From positions 57,908,001-57,972,000 of the forward strand of contig NC_042998.1 of assembly GCF_006345805.1 (NCBI RefSeq): a stretch of DNA of 64,000 nt, written 5' to 3'. The notes beneath the pieces are model-generated. The model was not told where the DNA came from. It saw only the letters and a list, made by a program, of their open reading frames with translations, and did no database searches. The DNA is from Octopus sinensis. Taxonomy: Eukaryota. A program made the translations under genes and the position numbers. Shown here piece by piece: positions 53,043 to 64,000 of the stretch (position 1 is the first letter of the stretch; every line of letters starts with the position of its first letter).

Positions 53043-53464
53043 TGATATGCATATATATGTATAACACGTTCACACTCTATTTCACAAATATAATATTAAA
53101 TTTTAAAATTTTATAATCCTCTATTCATTTTAGCAGACACAAACGTCGCACACGCCTCGAAGAAATCTATACCAATCATCTGTTACATCACCTTTAACTG
53201 AGTACCATTTTTTTCCCTATCATTTACACAAGGTTTTCAATTGCAACAGTACTTTTGCGTTGCTACGCTACGACATGTGTCATGTGACTTATTGTAAAGC
53301 TCGCATCTTCGAGCTTCATTACACTTTAAAACCCGTGTTGCTTGGAGACAGAAGAAAGCCGAATCGTTTCTCTTTGTACTATAAAAGTTGACTATTTTCT
53401 GCTGTAGGCTATTACATATCAGTAGATGTTTAATTAGAATATATACATATGTGTGTGTGTGTGC

Positions 53465-53521
<57 letters not shown>

Positions 53522-54483
53522 TTTGTGTGTTTGTGTGTGTGTGTATATACCTTAAAGAATGAAATAAACTCTGGCAACAAATTACCCACGTTTTATATCT
53601 GATCACAGTACTACTAATATTAAATTTAATGACTATCCTGTGCGGTGCCGCACATAGTATTAAGCTGCCTGTAAGTAGCGCGTTATCAAACTGAATCCTT
53701 CAAATTTGTGCTAAGGAAATCATTGACGTCGTTTGCTCCAAAGTTAACTTCCATTGAGCGTACATAAGCATGTTGAACGTTCTGTATTTTTTCAGGCATA
53801 GTGCAGTTAGAACAGTGTCTTCTAACCCAGAAACATAGCCTCCTATAGAGCTAAGCGGAAGGACATGACGAGTAGAGTTTAGGGAAGCTCAAGATCATAA
53901 CGTGTGTTTTTCTTTAACAGTTTAATCATATTTTGAACTGTCTTTAAGAGGCTGTGTTTTTTTTATAAATCTATCAATGTTTTTAAAACATTTTGAAAAC
54001 CCTCTTTAGTTATAAAATATATTTTATCGAGAATAAAATCGTATTCTTTTTTGTGTTGAACATTTAACAAGTCAAGAGAGGAGTAGGGATGCAGGGGTAA
54101 TGGTCAGCTTCAGAAATGAAGAGGGATGTTCAAGAGAATAGGAACCAATGATCTAGAACTACGTTATCCACTGTGACCCAAAGTTGGAACCTGTATGTAG
54201 TCACTGCACCATATAAAAGCAGCTGCGAAATCTCTCTCAAATTAGACAACATCATCTTGAAAAGAAAGAGAAGACGTAATTTGGTAATGCTTTCATAGAG
54301 AACCTAAATAGGCCATAGTCTCAAAGATGTAATGTTTTTGGTCATTGATTTCTTGATCTCATTGGATTTGAGGCTAAGCAATAACAAAATTACATAATTG
54401 TCTTTCCCAATTGAAGACAATGAAGTGTGTGACTTGAGTGAAATTTGGTTTTATTGTAGATGACTATTTTGTTGGAACATATT

Positions 54484-54687
54484 GGTTTCAAATTTGGCCG
54501 AAGGTCAGCAGACACAAGGCGCGGAGGGGTTAAATCCATTACTTCAATACCGGTGTTCAACTGGTACTTATTTAGCAACCCCAAAGGAATGAAACTTAAA
54601 GTCAACCTCGGCGAAATTTGAACTTGGTTCGTAAAGATGGACGTAATGCCACTAAGCGGTGTTAACGATTCTGCTAGCTCGCCGCCT
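54484..54687 (-). mobile_element. SINE family A
   Basis: Ends with the reverse-complement head taacgattctgctagctcgccgcc. Confidence 0.8.
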
Positions 54688-55729
54688 TATTTTGTTGGAT
54701 CATATTAACAACGCAATTTAGAAAAAGGTATGAGCTCAACAATATTTAACCGTTTCTGATTTATCATTTTAAATCCATACCAATAAAGTAATGGTTTCTT
54801 AATTCAATCAGAATCTTTTATGCAGTAGAATGCTATTGTATAACTTCTATCGCTACCATAATCATAACTCCACACTGAATCTGTCATCTCCACTCACATT
54901 TACTTGTTTGAATTGCCATTTTTTTTTTTCAGTTCACAGTCTTAAGAGTACATGACCTCTTATGTTATGGATGTAAACACCTTACACAGTGCTACTTTCT
55001 CTCTTTCACTATCTTCATCTTTCTATTTACTCTCGTTCTCATTCTTTCTATTTAGTCTCCCTTCTCTCGTTTTTCCTCTGCCTTCCGTTTTCCCTGATTT
55101 TCTGTCTATCTGTCCCCCCACCTTTCTCTCTCTCTGTCTCTGTCTCTCTCACACTCACTCACTCGCTCGCTTACTCTCGCTTTCTCTCGATCTTTGTATT
55201 TACACGCATGTCCATATATTTCCTACTGAAGCAATGTAAAGTAAACATCAATTGTGCTAAACTCAACAAAACCACAGAAAGAGCATTAACCACTGCCATT
55301 GGCTCTGTCTTCTTCAACGAACTATGAAACGTAAAGCATAAAAGATAGTTCGGTCAAAAAGATATATACAGAAGTTGTAAAGAAAATATTATTTGCAAAG
55401 ATTTGTAGTATTGTAAAATTAGATTGAGCTAGTGGCATCGTTAGGTTTAGATTTTCTATTCAGGTGAATTGAGCGTTTTATTGATCTCAGATCGCCAATG
55501 CTCTTGATTTTGTATACTGCACGTGATACATGGCGGAGAAAAGAGATACAATGTATATCAGGCATTAGCGTCTCACGAGGGTGTCTGTGGGACATAATTA
55601 AGATAGTATATACATGATAGGTTCGCTATGGATTCAAAACATGTGACCTATTGTGTTGTAAGAGGATGTAATTGCCTTTGATAAGCTGAATGGTGAATAT
55701 TGATTTCTTTTTCAACATACACGCGTGCG

Positions 55730-55763
<34 letters not shown>

Positions 55764-56313
55764 ACACACACACACATCAGATGTATCTTCAGTTACAAGA
55801 GAATTGACTCTATATGATGTTCATATCTCTATCACGCGCTTTTATGATATTTTTCATCCCTTTCATCAACATCCCGGCGTCCCATCCTGCCAAAAACGAA
55901 ATGGCATCCTTATACAGTTTCTTCCGAAATTGGATTTCATTACTTGATATCGAACATCAGGGTGAAGAATTAAACTTAATGAGTACCAGTGACGAGTACT
56001 TGTACACATAGGAAATCCAGAAGAGTCGTTGACATTAGAAACAATCTCACCTCATGGTACACACGTTTATCTTCCATTACGATTGTTATTAACTAGATCT
56101 TAATTGGTATTTTGTGGTTGGTTCATAACAAACGTATATGTCTACCAACTTAGTACAAGGTATGACAGAGTAGAGTTTAAGATTATATATTGATACAAAG
56201 CCAAACAGAATGGAACTCGTGCAACACTGCAACCCTCTCTATCTCTCTCGCAATCCCTCACTCTCACTTTCCTTCTATCTCCTCCAGCCAGTCTGTCTGA
56301 CTATCTGTCTGTC

Positions 56314-56353
<40 letters not shown>

Positions 56354-56733
56354 CGCGTGCCTAAGTGTAAGAACATGATTCTCGCATACGTATTTAAAGA
56401 TGAATTTTATAAGCAACCGTGAAAGGGAAATCCAAAACCAGCATCTATTAATACTTTGCAGAAAATTGACACGTACCAACATGAATAACTAAATTATATT
56501 AGGTTGCTTTATGATATTTTACTACAGGGCGGAATTTTTACATTGAAACTAATAGGAATATAATCAGAAACTAATTCACACATGACAAAATCATAAAGCT
56601 TATTTATGTTCCACCCAGTTCCGTGAATGACGGCTGTCAGAACCGTCTCAGTATTTGTTTCACTTAGTTCTATAATTTCCACAAAAAACATAATACATTC
56701 TTTTACGATAACAACTCAAAGTATCTACCAGTA

Positions 56734-56950
56734 TTGATTTCAAATTTTGGAACAAGGCCAGTGATATCAGGGGAGCAGGAAAGTCGATAACATTGACCCC
56801 AGAGCTCAGCTGGTGTTTATTTTATCGACCCTGAAATGATAAAAGGCAACATCGACCTCGGCGGAATTTCAACTCAAGAATGTAAAGACAGACGAAATAC
56901 CGCAAAGCATTTTGGCCAGAGTGCTAACGAGTCTACCAGCTCATCACCTT
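56734..56950 (-). mobile_element. SINE family A
   Basis: aaagtcgataacattgaccccag...ttttatcgaccctgaaa...catcgacctcggcggaatttcaactc. Confidence 0.8.
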
Positions 56951-57333
56951 AAAGTACCTAACAACATTGTTATACTGTGTCTGGGAAGAGTCGTACTGCC
57001 TTAATGCCTTAATATCTAATACAGTCACCTGTTCAGTTTCCACTTATTTACTATTTATATTTTTCCCCAAAAGTTTTCGTTGATTTTGCAACCTATTAAT
57101 GGATATTGACTCTAACGGAAGAAAACAAAATAATAAATGAATATAAATAGAACCGATGATTGCGTTAGATAATAAGGCATTAAGACACTGTGACTCCCCC
57201 CAGACAAAACAAAATTCGCTTCAACACACGAATTCACATAAAGTATCTTGCAAACCACATACAAACACAAAGTATGCTTATATATTATCGTTTAGATTCT
57301 AAATGATAATATATAACAATATTTCGTCTTTGT

Positions 57334-57591
57334 ATCTGGTTCCCAAACTTTTTCAGGCTAACGCCACTTGGTTCTAAGGCCACATTTCTAGTGCCCTCCT
57401 CCACACACCATCACACACATAGACCATTAGGCCATTTTCTGAAGCAAATTCAAAACAACAATATTTCACAATTAAATATTAACATAATTAACCCTTTATT
57501 TTTTTACATCCATTGTCCCATTTTAGTCATCCCATTTTTCTTCAGCGCCCCACCCCATGGATTTGTCCACCGCCCACTTTGGAAACCACTG
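57334..57591. mobile_element. hAT-like non-autonomous element (MITE)
   Basis: Termini (atc)tggttcccaaac and ctttggaaaccactg resemble the CAGTGGTTCCCAAA hAT/Charlie-type TIR. The TSD is not conserved. Confidence 0.5.
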
Positions 57592-58421
57592 GTTTAGAAT
57601 GTGAAATTTTGTACATAGCTAAAAGTTAAGATACGAATCCACTGAGTATAACACGTAATTTGGGAATTCCGCGATGGTTATGAGAAGCAGTAATGAAACA
57701 CTGTATGTTAACAGAGAAAATGTTTTGATTCTTACTACTCTTTCTCAAAGATGTCGTCACTTGAAAAGTGTTTTTATAATCTATGTTGAACATGTCGAAA
57801 ATTTCTGTGTTCGTGCGCACTATTGTTAAATATTTGTTTCCTCTTGTTGGGTTCATTCTTCTTTTTCTTTTAGATAAGACCACCTCTGTTCTGTCAGGTT
57901 TGTAGTAACCTTCCCAACCAAACCTGTTTAGATGCAGTTTAAGTTATCAACAACTCGAATGTGTAACACGATTTATTAGATTACATGCGAGTGATCTGAC
58001 ATATACATATGTAGATATATTTCAATAACAATATTTCCTGTTTATCATCTTTAACCATATGGTCAATGTTAACAATAGAATTCCTCTTCATCCCTGCTCA
58101 AATTACAATAAACAACTAGGTTTTTTTAATTGACACCAATGTTTCAGTTAGCACTGGAGGCTAAGAAGTGAGAAGTCAGTGGTTACCACTGGTATAAGTT
58201 AAATACCGGGACTTCAGCCTACGCTTGTAAGTGTCTGTGTATATGTATGTGTGTGTGTGTGTATGTGTGTGTGTGTGTCTGCGTGCATATGTTGTGTGAG
58301 GGTGTGTGGATTTTTGTGCTTGTATATGTATGTATGTATATATATATATATATATCATCGTGATCACCGTGATCGACCAGGCTGTCAGATGTTGTTACAC
58401 ATCGCTGGTAACAATGTGCTT

Positions 58422-58479
<58 letters not shown>

Positions 58480-58554
58480 GTGTCATGAGTATTTATAGAA
58501 CAAATATCCGATAGAAAACTCAACAATTAAAGGTGGAGAATAGGTGTTAAAAGT

Positions 58555-58895
58555 TTGGGCAAGTGTCTTCGACTATAACCTCGGGCCGTTGTGAGTGGAT
58601 TTTGTAGACGCGAACTGAAAGATGCCCGTCGTATATATATATATATATATAATATATATATATATATATGTGTGTGTTTGTATGTCTGTGTTTGCCCCCA
58701 ACCCCCTCATCATCGCTTGACAACCGATGCTGGTGTGTTTGCGTCCCCGTAACTTAGCAGTTCGACATAAAGAGTCCGATAGAATAAGTACTAGGTTTAT
58801 AAAGAATAAGTCCAGAGATCGATTTGCTCGACTAAAGGCGGCGCTCTAGCATGGCCACTGTCAAATGATTGAATCTAGTAAAAGATGTAAAAGAT
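58555..58895 (+). mobile_element. SINE family B, 5'-truncated
   Basis: Colinear with 33900-34240. Confidence 0.85.
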
Positions 58896-59156
58896 GTATA
58901 TAACATCTCTGTATTTGATATGATGTCGCTATCATTTGCATAAATCATTCATGTGGTTGAGATGGAAAACTTGGCTCAATTTATGAACTTAAAACATATA
59001 CAATCAGATTTATACTAGCAATTATGGTTATTAAATGCTCATTATTGACATTATTATCATTGTTTTCATTATATTTTTATTGACTACCACTTTGTCTTAC
59101 ATTATTTCCGTATATACTTCTTTATTTCAGCATATTATTTTTATTATTATTTTTTT

Positions 59157-59694
59157 CTTCTTCTTTCAAATTTGCTTCCATTTCTTGCCGAGTGTCTTCC
59201 CGACTCCTAGGGCAAAGAAACTCATATTATACATTGGTAGGTCATTAAACTAAACTCACTAGTTCGTTCATTTTTTTTATGATAGAAATAAAGTTAAATT
59301 AAAATACATGGGTAGTAATAGTTCTCACATCGACAATGCTCTTCTCAATACGTGTGGTGTACCAGTTAAGACAATCTTTTGCACTTCTTGCAGGGATGGT
59401 AAACCAGGGATCATTCTCATATAATTTCCGGTTCCCTTCTTGATCATTCCTAGTGCTCCTACAATCACTGGAATTATAACCGCCTTGAGATGCCATATTT
59501 TCTCAATTTCAATGAGCAGGTCTTTATATTTTCTGAGCTTGTCAAACTCTTTCGCCGAGATATTATGATCACAGGGGATACTCATGTCGATCAATGAGCA
59601 AACTTTATTGTTTTGGTCTTTCACAACAATATCCGGTTTATTGGCTTTGAGGGTTCGGTCTGTATGTACTGGAAAGTCCCACAGAATCGTTACA

Positions 59695-59695
<1 letters not shown>
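59157..59695 (-). mobile_element. R4/Dong LINE family A, copy 2 (5'-truncated) in (TAA)n
   Basis: ORF 59325..59624 is nearly identical to the C-terminus of 1058..1648, with the same 3' UTR and (TTA)n flanks. Confidence 0.9.
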
Positions 59696-59751
<56 letters not shown>

Positions 59752-60369
59752 CATTATTATTATTATTATTGATGTTGTAGTTGTTGCGGTTGCTGTTTTT
59801 GCTGCTTTTATTTGTGTTTGCAAGGAGTAGATGCTCGTAAGTTTTCTTCAAAATGTTTCGTTTTATTAGTTGCTATTCAAAATTTTGTAGAATTGTTAAC
59901 TAAATAACCCTGCACTCTGCAAACGATACAAGCTGATCTGGAGAGATTTTAAAATGAAATTTCTAAGCAAGAAGTATTAATATGATTTTCCAAACTGGCG
60001 CAATGACATTGTTTTCCCATCAGTAGTTGATGTGTATGGTCGAGAAGCGAAGCATAGACAGCAGCAGCAACAACAACAACGGTAGCAGCAGCAGCAAGAA
60101 GAAGAACAATAGCAACAGAAGCAGCAGCAGTAGCGGCGAGTGGAATACATTCCAAAATGACGCAGCATGACCTTCACCACCATCTCCAACATCAGGACTA
60201 CCACTGACAGCACCGACACAAACATAAATAATACTACAACAGCGGCCATTCTTATTTCTAATCAAAATGGTAACGGCTTCGCACAAGTTTGTCAGAAAAT
60301 GGAGAAAGCTGATTTCACAGAAAAAATATTGAGTGACACAATCCGGTCTTTAGTGGACCAATAGGGGTG

Positions 60370-61681
60370 CACGGTACTCGAGCCAGACTTGAAGGCCTCT
60401 TAACAAATATCTACTGTTACTGGTAAGCTGAATGGGAGAATTTTCTGAGTCGAGGAGCGGTGGCACTACTGAGAAAGAACCCAAACAAGGGAATTTAAAA
60501 ACAAAAATTAGGCTCATGACGCTGATGAACGCAGATTTCAAAATTTTGACCAGAGTGTTAGCAAATAGGTTAGCACTTGTCTTCGAGGAACTGATTGGTG
60601 ACGAGTCAACAACAACCACCAGATCGGTCAACATCAACCACCACCTCATGCGACATAGACAGGATGACTAAAAAGCTGATATGATTGGAGCCCTGAGCAA
60701 TTTTGATCAGTTTAATGACTACGATAGTATCGACCACCAATACTTGGCACCCTTTCTCACGGCGGCCGGTTTCGCTTCCGTTTCTTGTGGCTGGATCACT
60801 GCTCGGTAGTTCGGGGTGAATGGTTACCCTTAGGAACCATTCAACATCAAGCGCTTTCCCCATCAAGAGTGTCCCCTCTCATCTTTTCTGTAATCAAAGG
60901 TTCTAGAACCACTACTACAGAAATTGAGGATGTTGAGAGGCATTCCACGCGAACAATGACGTGGAAGAACCGTGTCGGCATACGCTGATGTCACCGTCAT
61001 AGTGTCGAACCCGAGCACATAGACATGGTCGGCTCTTCTCTAAGTGAATAAGAGACGGTGACAGGATCAAAACTTAATCTAGAAAAGTCAGTAGGCCTGC
61101 AGCTCGGTACCTGGACAGGCAGATCCGATCTATCTAATAACATCATAGGACGCTGTACGGAGGACCACTTAAATTGGGCAATATCTGGTTTGGTCCGGAT
61201 CTCTAGTTGGAGAAGAACTGGGACGAAGGGACGAGCAAGATTTTCCAGTCTCCCCCCAGAAATGGACCGATAGAAGACCATCGCTGAAAGATGTGGCGAA
61301 TGCTCACGTTACCTCTGTCGTATAATATCGCCTGACCGACATATCTTGCCTCAGTTTACGTCTGATCAAACTGAAGCACGTAATCTTCAGCTTGCTGTGG
61401 AGGGGACGCATTCTATTGTTCTGGCGCTTCATTTGTTGTCAAAACCCACTGAATGGAGGGATGGACATGATGTAGCAAAGAAGCACTGTGGCTACGCCAT
61501 CTCATGCGCTTCCTTGACGATAAGTAAGTGTGGTATCCGTTTCTGAAACTTGCACTTCCAAAAATCTCGACCGCATACCAAGGCATGGCATATGGTACTT
61601 AGAGTATCGTCAAGTGTTCACTCTTTCAATCAGTTAAGATCAAAAGGCATGAGAGCTACTGCCTAGTACTGCGTCAGGGCA
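60370..61681 (+). mobile_element. L1/Tx1-like LINE RT relic ending in a (TTA)n tail
   Basis: RLMTLMNADFKILTRVLANRLA, AYAD(-)V, EKSVGLQLGTW, and LEKNWDE similar to 14931 MDKHWDE. The 3' end is catgagagctactgcctagtactgcgtcagggca followed by (ATT)n. Confidence 0.8.
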
Positions 61682-61716
<35 letters not shown>

Positions 61717-61717
<1 letters not shown>

Positions 61718-62270
61718 GAAAAAGCAAGCAGTGCATGCCCATCAAAGTGACACTGGGGTACAATTATATGAAGCCCAGTATTCCCATCATGACTACCTGT
61801 CTGATAAGGATACACCAGGCACATGCATCACAACCAGATGTGCGCAACATGGTAATCTTATATAAACAGCACATAACCTTGCAGGTGGGGCCCAGTTAGA
61901 ATTTTCATCAGGTTGAGTAACCATTCCTCTCGAAAGGTCCCTGAATAAGTTTATTTAAGTATGGTGAGTGACACACTCATGTTTCCAAATGGGAATTATT
62001 CAAACCCCGAACAAATCCTCTCAACACATGGCTATGATGCTCTTCCACAACTTCTGATCGTGATAAGAGATGTACATATCGTCAGCCACTAAGGGACATG
62101 TTCCACTAGTTAAAATCATACAACTGACAGGCAAATCCGTGGTATTGAGCAGAATGTTTATAAATGTAGCCCATCTTTTATACTAGGACAAAACAATGCA
62201 CATGGTAATACTTTCAGTCAGTTAAGATGAGAGACCATGAGAGCCACTGTCTGGTATTGCATCAGGGCAT
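61717..62270 (+). mobile_element. Second copy of the same LINE 3' UTR, ending in (TTA)n
   Basis: The terminal ttaagat..g..catgagagccactgtctggtattgcatcagggca matches 61635-61681. Confidence 0.6.
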
Positions 62271-62293
62271 TTATTATTATTATTATTATTATT

Positions 62294-62644
62294 CAGTAGT
62301 TTTATTTTTATAGCGTGCTTTCACTTCACTACCGAGCGCAGCTCTGTGTGCCTTGGGTATGTGCTGTGATTTGTTGTGATGCTCTGATGGTTATTGTATG
62401 GAAAGTGTTCTGCGTAGGATGTGTGCAGTGCCTAGTAGTGCAATTTTCTGTATGTTATATGTGTTTGTAAGTCCTGGTGTTTTTGTTATGTATTTGTCTG
62501 AATATTTTTTTATCATGCCTAATGCACCTACTATGATAGGAATTGTTTCTGTTTTCAGATTCCACATTCTAGTTACCTCTATTTCCAGGTCTTTGTATTT
62601 TGAGAGTTTCTCCATTTCTTTTAGAGACACGTTGTCATCTGCCG

Positions 62645-62646
<2 letters not shown>
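62294..62646 (-). mobile_element. R4/Dong LINE family B, short 5'-truncated copy in (TAA)n
   Basis: IPADDNVSLKEMEKLSKYKDLEIEVTRMW...TIPIIVGALG...QKIALLGTAHILRRTL is paralogous to the family A C-terminus but has a different 3' UTR. Confidence 0.85.
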
Positions 62647-62706
<60 letters not shown>

Positions 62707-63774
62707 TCTTCTTTCAAATTTGCTTCCACTTCTTGCCGAGTGTCTTCCCGACTCCTAGGGCAAAGAAACTCATAGTATACATTGGTAGGCCATTAAACCA
62801 AACTCAGTAGTTCGTTCATTTTTAAAAAAATTTTTTTTAAAGTTAAATTAAAATACATGAGCAGCAACAGTTCTCACATCGACAATGCTCTTCTCAATAC
62901 GTGTGATGTACCAGTTAAGACAATCTTTTGCACTTCTTGCAGGGATGGTAAGCCAGGGATCATTCTCATATAATTTTCGGTTCCCTTCTTGTTCATTCCT
63001 AGTGCTCCTACGATCACTGGTATTGTAACCGCCTTGAGATGCCACATTTTCTCAATTTCAATGAGTAGGTCTTTATATTTTCTGAGCTTGTCAAACTCTT
63101 TCGCTGAGATATTATGATCACAGGGGATGCTCATGTCGATCAATAAGCAAACTTTATTGTTTTGGTCTTTCACAACAATATCTGGTTTATTGGCCTTGAT
63201 GGTTCGGTCTGTATGTACTGGAAAGTCCCACAGAATGGTTACATTTTCTCCTTCAGTTACAGCCTCAGGGTGGTGATTATACCACTTGTCGGCAGTTTTG
63301 ATATTGTAATGCCGACTTATTAGCCAGTGGAGATATTGGCCAACTCTGTCATGTCTTAATTTATACTCCACTGGTGCTAAGACTTTACATCCAGAGATTA
63401 GGTGGTCCACTGTTTCAATCTTGTCGTTGCAGAATCGGCATTTTGGGTCTGCTCCATTTTTCATCACATTGGCCTGGTAGTTCCGGGTTAATAGGCTTTG
63501 ATCTTGAGCAGCCAGGATGAAACCTTCGCTCTCTGCTTTTAGCCCTGAGCTCCGTAGCCACTGATGGGTTTGCTTCTGGTCAACATCAGCTTGTTTGCTG
63601 CGGGTCATATATTTGCCGTGCAGAGGTTTCTCCTCCAACCTATCAGCCAATTGCTCGTGCGCTTTTTTCATTGCTATCATTTTCACCTTCTTTGCAACAA
63701 TAGTTGCCGTACTTCCCTCGGGTTGTTCAGTTTGGGTATCCTGCACGAGATCAATAGCAAATTTTTTGCTTTCC

Positions 63775-63776
<2 letters not shown>
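62707..63776 (-). mobile_element. R4/Dong LINE family A, copy 3 (longest, 5'-truncated)
   Basis: Contains ORF 62874..63746 and the family A 3' UTR, flanked by (TTA)n on both sides. Confidence 0.92.
62874..63746 (-). pseudogene. Uninterrupted 290-aa C-terminal fragment of the R4/Dong ORF (post-RT region, CCHC knuckle, restriction-like endonuclease)
   Basis: LHGKY...WLR...LKAESEGFILAAQDQSLLTRNY, CRFC...ETVDHLISGC, RHDRV, KPDIVV..LIDMSIP. Confidence 0.92.
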
Positions 63777-63828
<52 letters not shown>

Positions 63829-63862
63829 TATTATTATTATTATCATTTTATTATTATTATTA

Positions 63863-63924
<62 letters not shown>

Positions 63925-63970
63925 TATTATTATTATTATTATTATTATCATTTTATTATTATTATTATTA
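63776..63970. repeat. Long degenerate (TTA)n array
   Basis: Read directly from the sequence. Confidence 0.95.
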
Positions 63971-63976
63971 TGATCA

Positions 63977-64000
63977 AGGCAGCGAGCTGGTAGAATCGTT
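63977..64000 (+). mobile_element. SINE family A head, cut by the window edge
   Basis: aggcagcgagctggtagaatcgtt matches 11713 ggcagcgagctggcagaaacgtt. Confidence 0.65.

Noticed and set aside
59900-60360. Poly-Q/S/T low-complexity reading frames upstream of the Tx1-like relic
   Set aside because: Multiple stops and (CAG/CAA)n content. It may be an ORF1 remnant but I cannot support that.

Overview
AT-rich eukaryotic window, probably intronic or intergenic, dominated by microsatellites ((TA)n, (TAA)n, (CA)n, (TACA)n, (TCTA)n) and decayed transposable elements. The repeat landscape resembles what I recall of octopus/cephalopod genomes (inference, not verified). I recognise no intact host protein-coding gene, and most ORF-track entries are translated microsatellites. 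Supported content: (i) six R4/Dong-type restriction-like-endonuclease LINE copies, five inserted in (TAA)n in the same relative orientation and an older copy abutting a (TAAA)n tract; (ii) two L1/Tx1-like RT relics; (iii) a mariner relic; (iv) a Penelope GIY-YIG relic; (v) Helitron relics; (vi) three tRNA-derived SINE families; (vii) three fold-back elements. The most notable signal is a set of minimal type I hammerhead-ribozyme motifs next to (TA)n tracts. One has a canonical core (19581-19624). Two are variants (38507-38591, overlapping a 115-bp near-perfect inverted repeat, and 47302-47337). Together they suggest a Penelope-linked, ribozyme-carrying non-autonomous retroelement system. A few orphan exon candidates with strong splice signals are flagged at low confidence.
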